A stretch of DNA of 64,000 nt. Origin: Gammaproteobacteria bacterium (GTDB taxonomy: Bacteria; Pseudomonadota; Gammaproteobacteria; G965277405). The notes under the pieces were generated by a model that was not told the DNA's origin, ran no database searches, and saw only the letters and a list, made by a program, of their open reading frames with translations. Each line of letters begins with the position of its first letter. The first letter of the stretch is position 1. A program made the position numbers and the translations under genes. Shown here in pieces: positions 62,410-64,000 of this stretch. The DNA is taken from positions 320,001 through 384,000 of the forward strand of contig OZ255726.1 in the NCBI GenBank assembly GCA_965277405.1, read 5' to 3'.

Positions 62410-63651
62410 TTACCGTGCAAAGATAAGCGTACCGTTTGTACCACCAAACCCAAATGAATTTGAAATAGCATAACGGCAGTTAACCACGTCTCGAGCAGTA
62501 TGTGGAATATAATCTAACGGGCACTGAGCATCTTGATTGTAGAGATTGATCGTCGGCGGCAATACTTGATCCTGCAAAGCGAGTACCGTAAAGACACCTT
62601 CAACAGCACCTGCAGCACCGAGTAAATGACCAATCATGGATTTATTGGAACTCATCGGAGTAGCCGCTGCATGATTTCCAAAAATTGACTGCACGGCAAT
62701 GGTTTCTGCAATATCACCAGCTTGTGTAGCAGTTCCATGCGCATTAATATAGCCAATATCCCTAGGATTTAATTCAGCGTCTTTTAAAGCATTGCGCATA
62801 CTCAAAGCAGCGCCTTCACCATTGCTGCACGGCTGTGTTATATGGTGTCCATCAGCACTCATGCCAAAACCAACGACACGACCATACACTGTCGCCCCAC
62901 GTTTTTTTGCATGGGCTTCACTCTCAAGCACCAAAACACCTGCCCCTTCACCAAGCACAAAACCATCTCGATCAGCGTCCCACGGCCGGCTCGCCTGCTC
63001 AGGATTATCGTTGCGAGTTGACAATGCCCGAACTGCGTTAAAAGCGCCAATTCCAAACGAATTAACAGGCGCCTCTGCGCCACCTGCCAGCATAACATCA
63101 GCATCACCATGTTGGATCATACGCATCGCTAAACCAATCATATGGGTGCCTGTTGTACAAGCCGTAGCTGCAGAAATATTTGGTCCAAATAATTGATGGC
63201 GAATTGAAACATTGCCAGCAACCATATTAATAATGCTACCTGGAACAAAAAATGGGCTGATTCTTCTTGGTCCTTTTCCATGCAATAATTCAGCATTATT
63301 CTGGATAAACTCTAATCCGCCAATTCCAGACCCAATAGCAACACCAACACGTTCTCGATCCGTTTCATCTAAATCTAAGCCACTATGCTCAAGCGCCTCA
63401 TCAGCTGCTTGAATACCTAATGCTATAAAGCGGTCAAATTTCTTGATGTTTTTTTCTCCAACAACAGTGGTAACGTCAAAGCCTGTTACGGTTGCTGCAA
63501 AATTTGTTGTGTGCTCGGCAGCATCAAACGCAGAAATTGTTTGGGCGCCGCTTACTCCAGAACACAAATTATTCCATGCAACTGCAACGCTATTGCCAAT
63601 AGGAGTAATAGCCCCAAGACCAGTAACGACGACTGAATGTTTGCTTGTCAT
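62410..63651 (-). CDS. fabF: Beta-ketoacyl-ACP synthase II
   Basis: TACTTG, GEGAG, NAHGT, KSMIGHLLGAAG, NSFGFGGTN. Confidence 0.97.
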   Translation of the reverse strand: MTSKHSVVVTGLGAITPIGNSVAVAWNNLCSGVSGAQTISAFDAAEHTTNFAATVTGFDVTTVVGEKNIKKFDRFIALGIQAADEALEHSGLDLDETDRERVGVAIGSGIGGLEFIQNNAELLHGKGPRRISPFFVPGSIINMVAGNVSIRHQLFGPNISAATACTTGTHMIGLAMRMIQHGDADVMLAGGAEAPVNSFGIGAFNAVRALSTRNDNPEQASRPWDADRDGFVLGEGAGVLVLESEAHAKKRGATVYGRVVGFGMSADGHHITQPCSNGEGAALSMRNALKDAELNPRDIGYINAHGTATQAGDIAETIAVQSIFGNHAAATPMSSNKSMIGHLLGAAGAVEGVFTVLALQDQVLPPTINLYNQDAQCPLDYIPHTARDVVNCRYAISNSFGFGGTNGTLIFAR

Positions 63652-63741
63652 TTCATTACAGTTATATGTTTACACACAAACTTCGTGCTGCAAATGATTG
63701 CTTGCAGAATGACCAATACCATGGCTCAGCTGCTGCTAAAT

Positions 63742-63990
63742 TTACTTAGAGTTTTCGTTGATATAGTCGATGGCTTCTTGGACTGTTGTGATTTTTTCAG
63801 CATCTTTGTCTGGGATTTCTGTTTCAAACTCATCTTCCAATGCCATAACTAATTCTACAGTATCAAGAGAATCAGCACCAAGGTCGTCTACAAATGACGA
63901 GTCATTGGTCACTTCTTCGGGCTTAACACTCAATTGTTCAGCAACAATTCTCTTTACTATTTCTTCAATCATTCCTGGTTCGACTGACAT
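63742..63990 (-). CDS. acpP: Acyl carrier protein
   Basis: [23 protein letters not shown]. Confidence 0.98.
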   Translation of the reverse strand: MSVEPGMIEEIVKRIVAEQLSVKPEEVTNDSSFVDDLGADSLDTVELVMALEDEFETEIPDKDAEKITTVQEAIDYINENSK

Positions 63991-64000
63991 TCTGGTCTCC

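Overview
Chromosomal window of a divergent, moderately AT-rich bacterium, most likely a gammaproteobacterium (dedD-cvpA-purF, trxB/ftsK, tpiA-secG-tRNA-Leu and acpP-fabF-mltG-tmk gene orders), with signs of rearrangement and gene decay. It holds housekeeping genes, three tRNA genes (Arg-CCT, Leu-GAG, Gly-GCC), three iron-uptake systems (EfeU, FbpBC and a heme-uptake locus) and a decaying GDP-fucose/polysaccharide locus. The main structure is a ~290-bp non-autonomous element with ~31-bp terminal inverted repeats (GGAAGCTCTGATTAAG...) and YTAR flanks, i.e. an IS5-like MITE. It is present as 5 full copies, a 47-bp mini copy and at least 7 degenerate copies or remnants; no transposase lies in the window. 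Two copies bracket a cassette of TonB-dependent receptor, hemophilin-like protein (interrupted by TAG), Slam/type XI secretion porin and TPR protein. That unit is flanked by a 636-bp direct repeat containing a whole dCMP deaminase gene. Other notable items: SecG with a C-terminal OmpA-like extension, a Chlamydia-type IspF, a MITE insertion that rewrote the fdxA stop codon, and a LysM/beta-barrel plus SH3b island. All calls are by-eye motif recognition; no searches were run.
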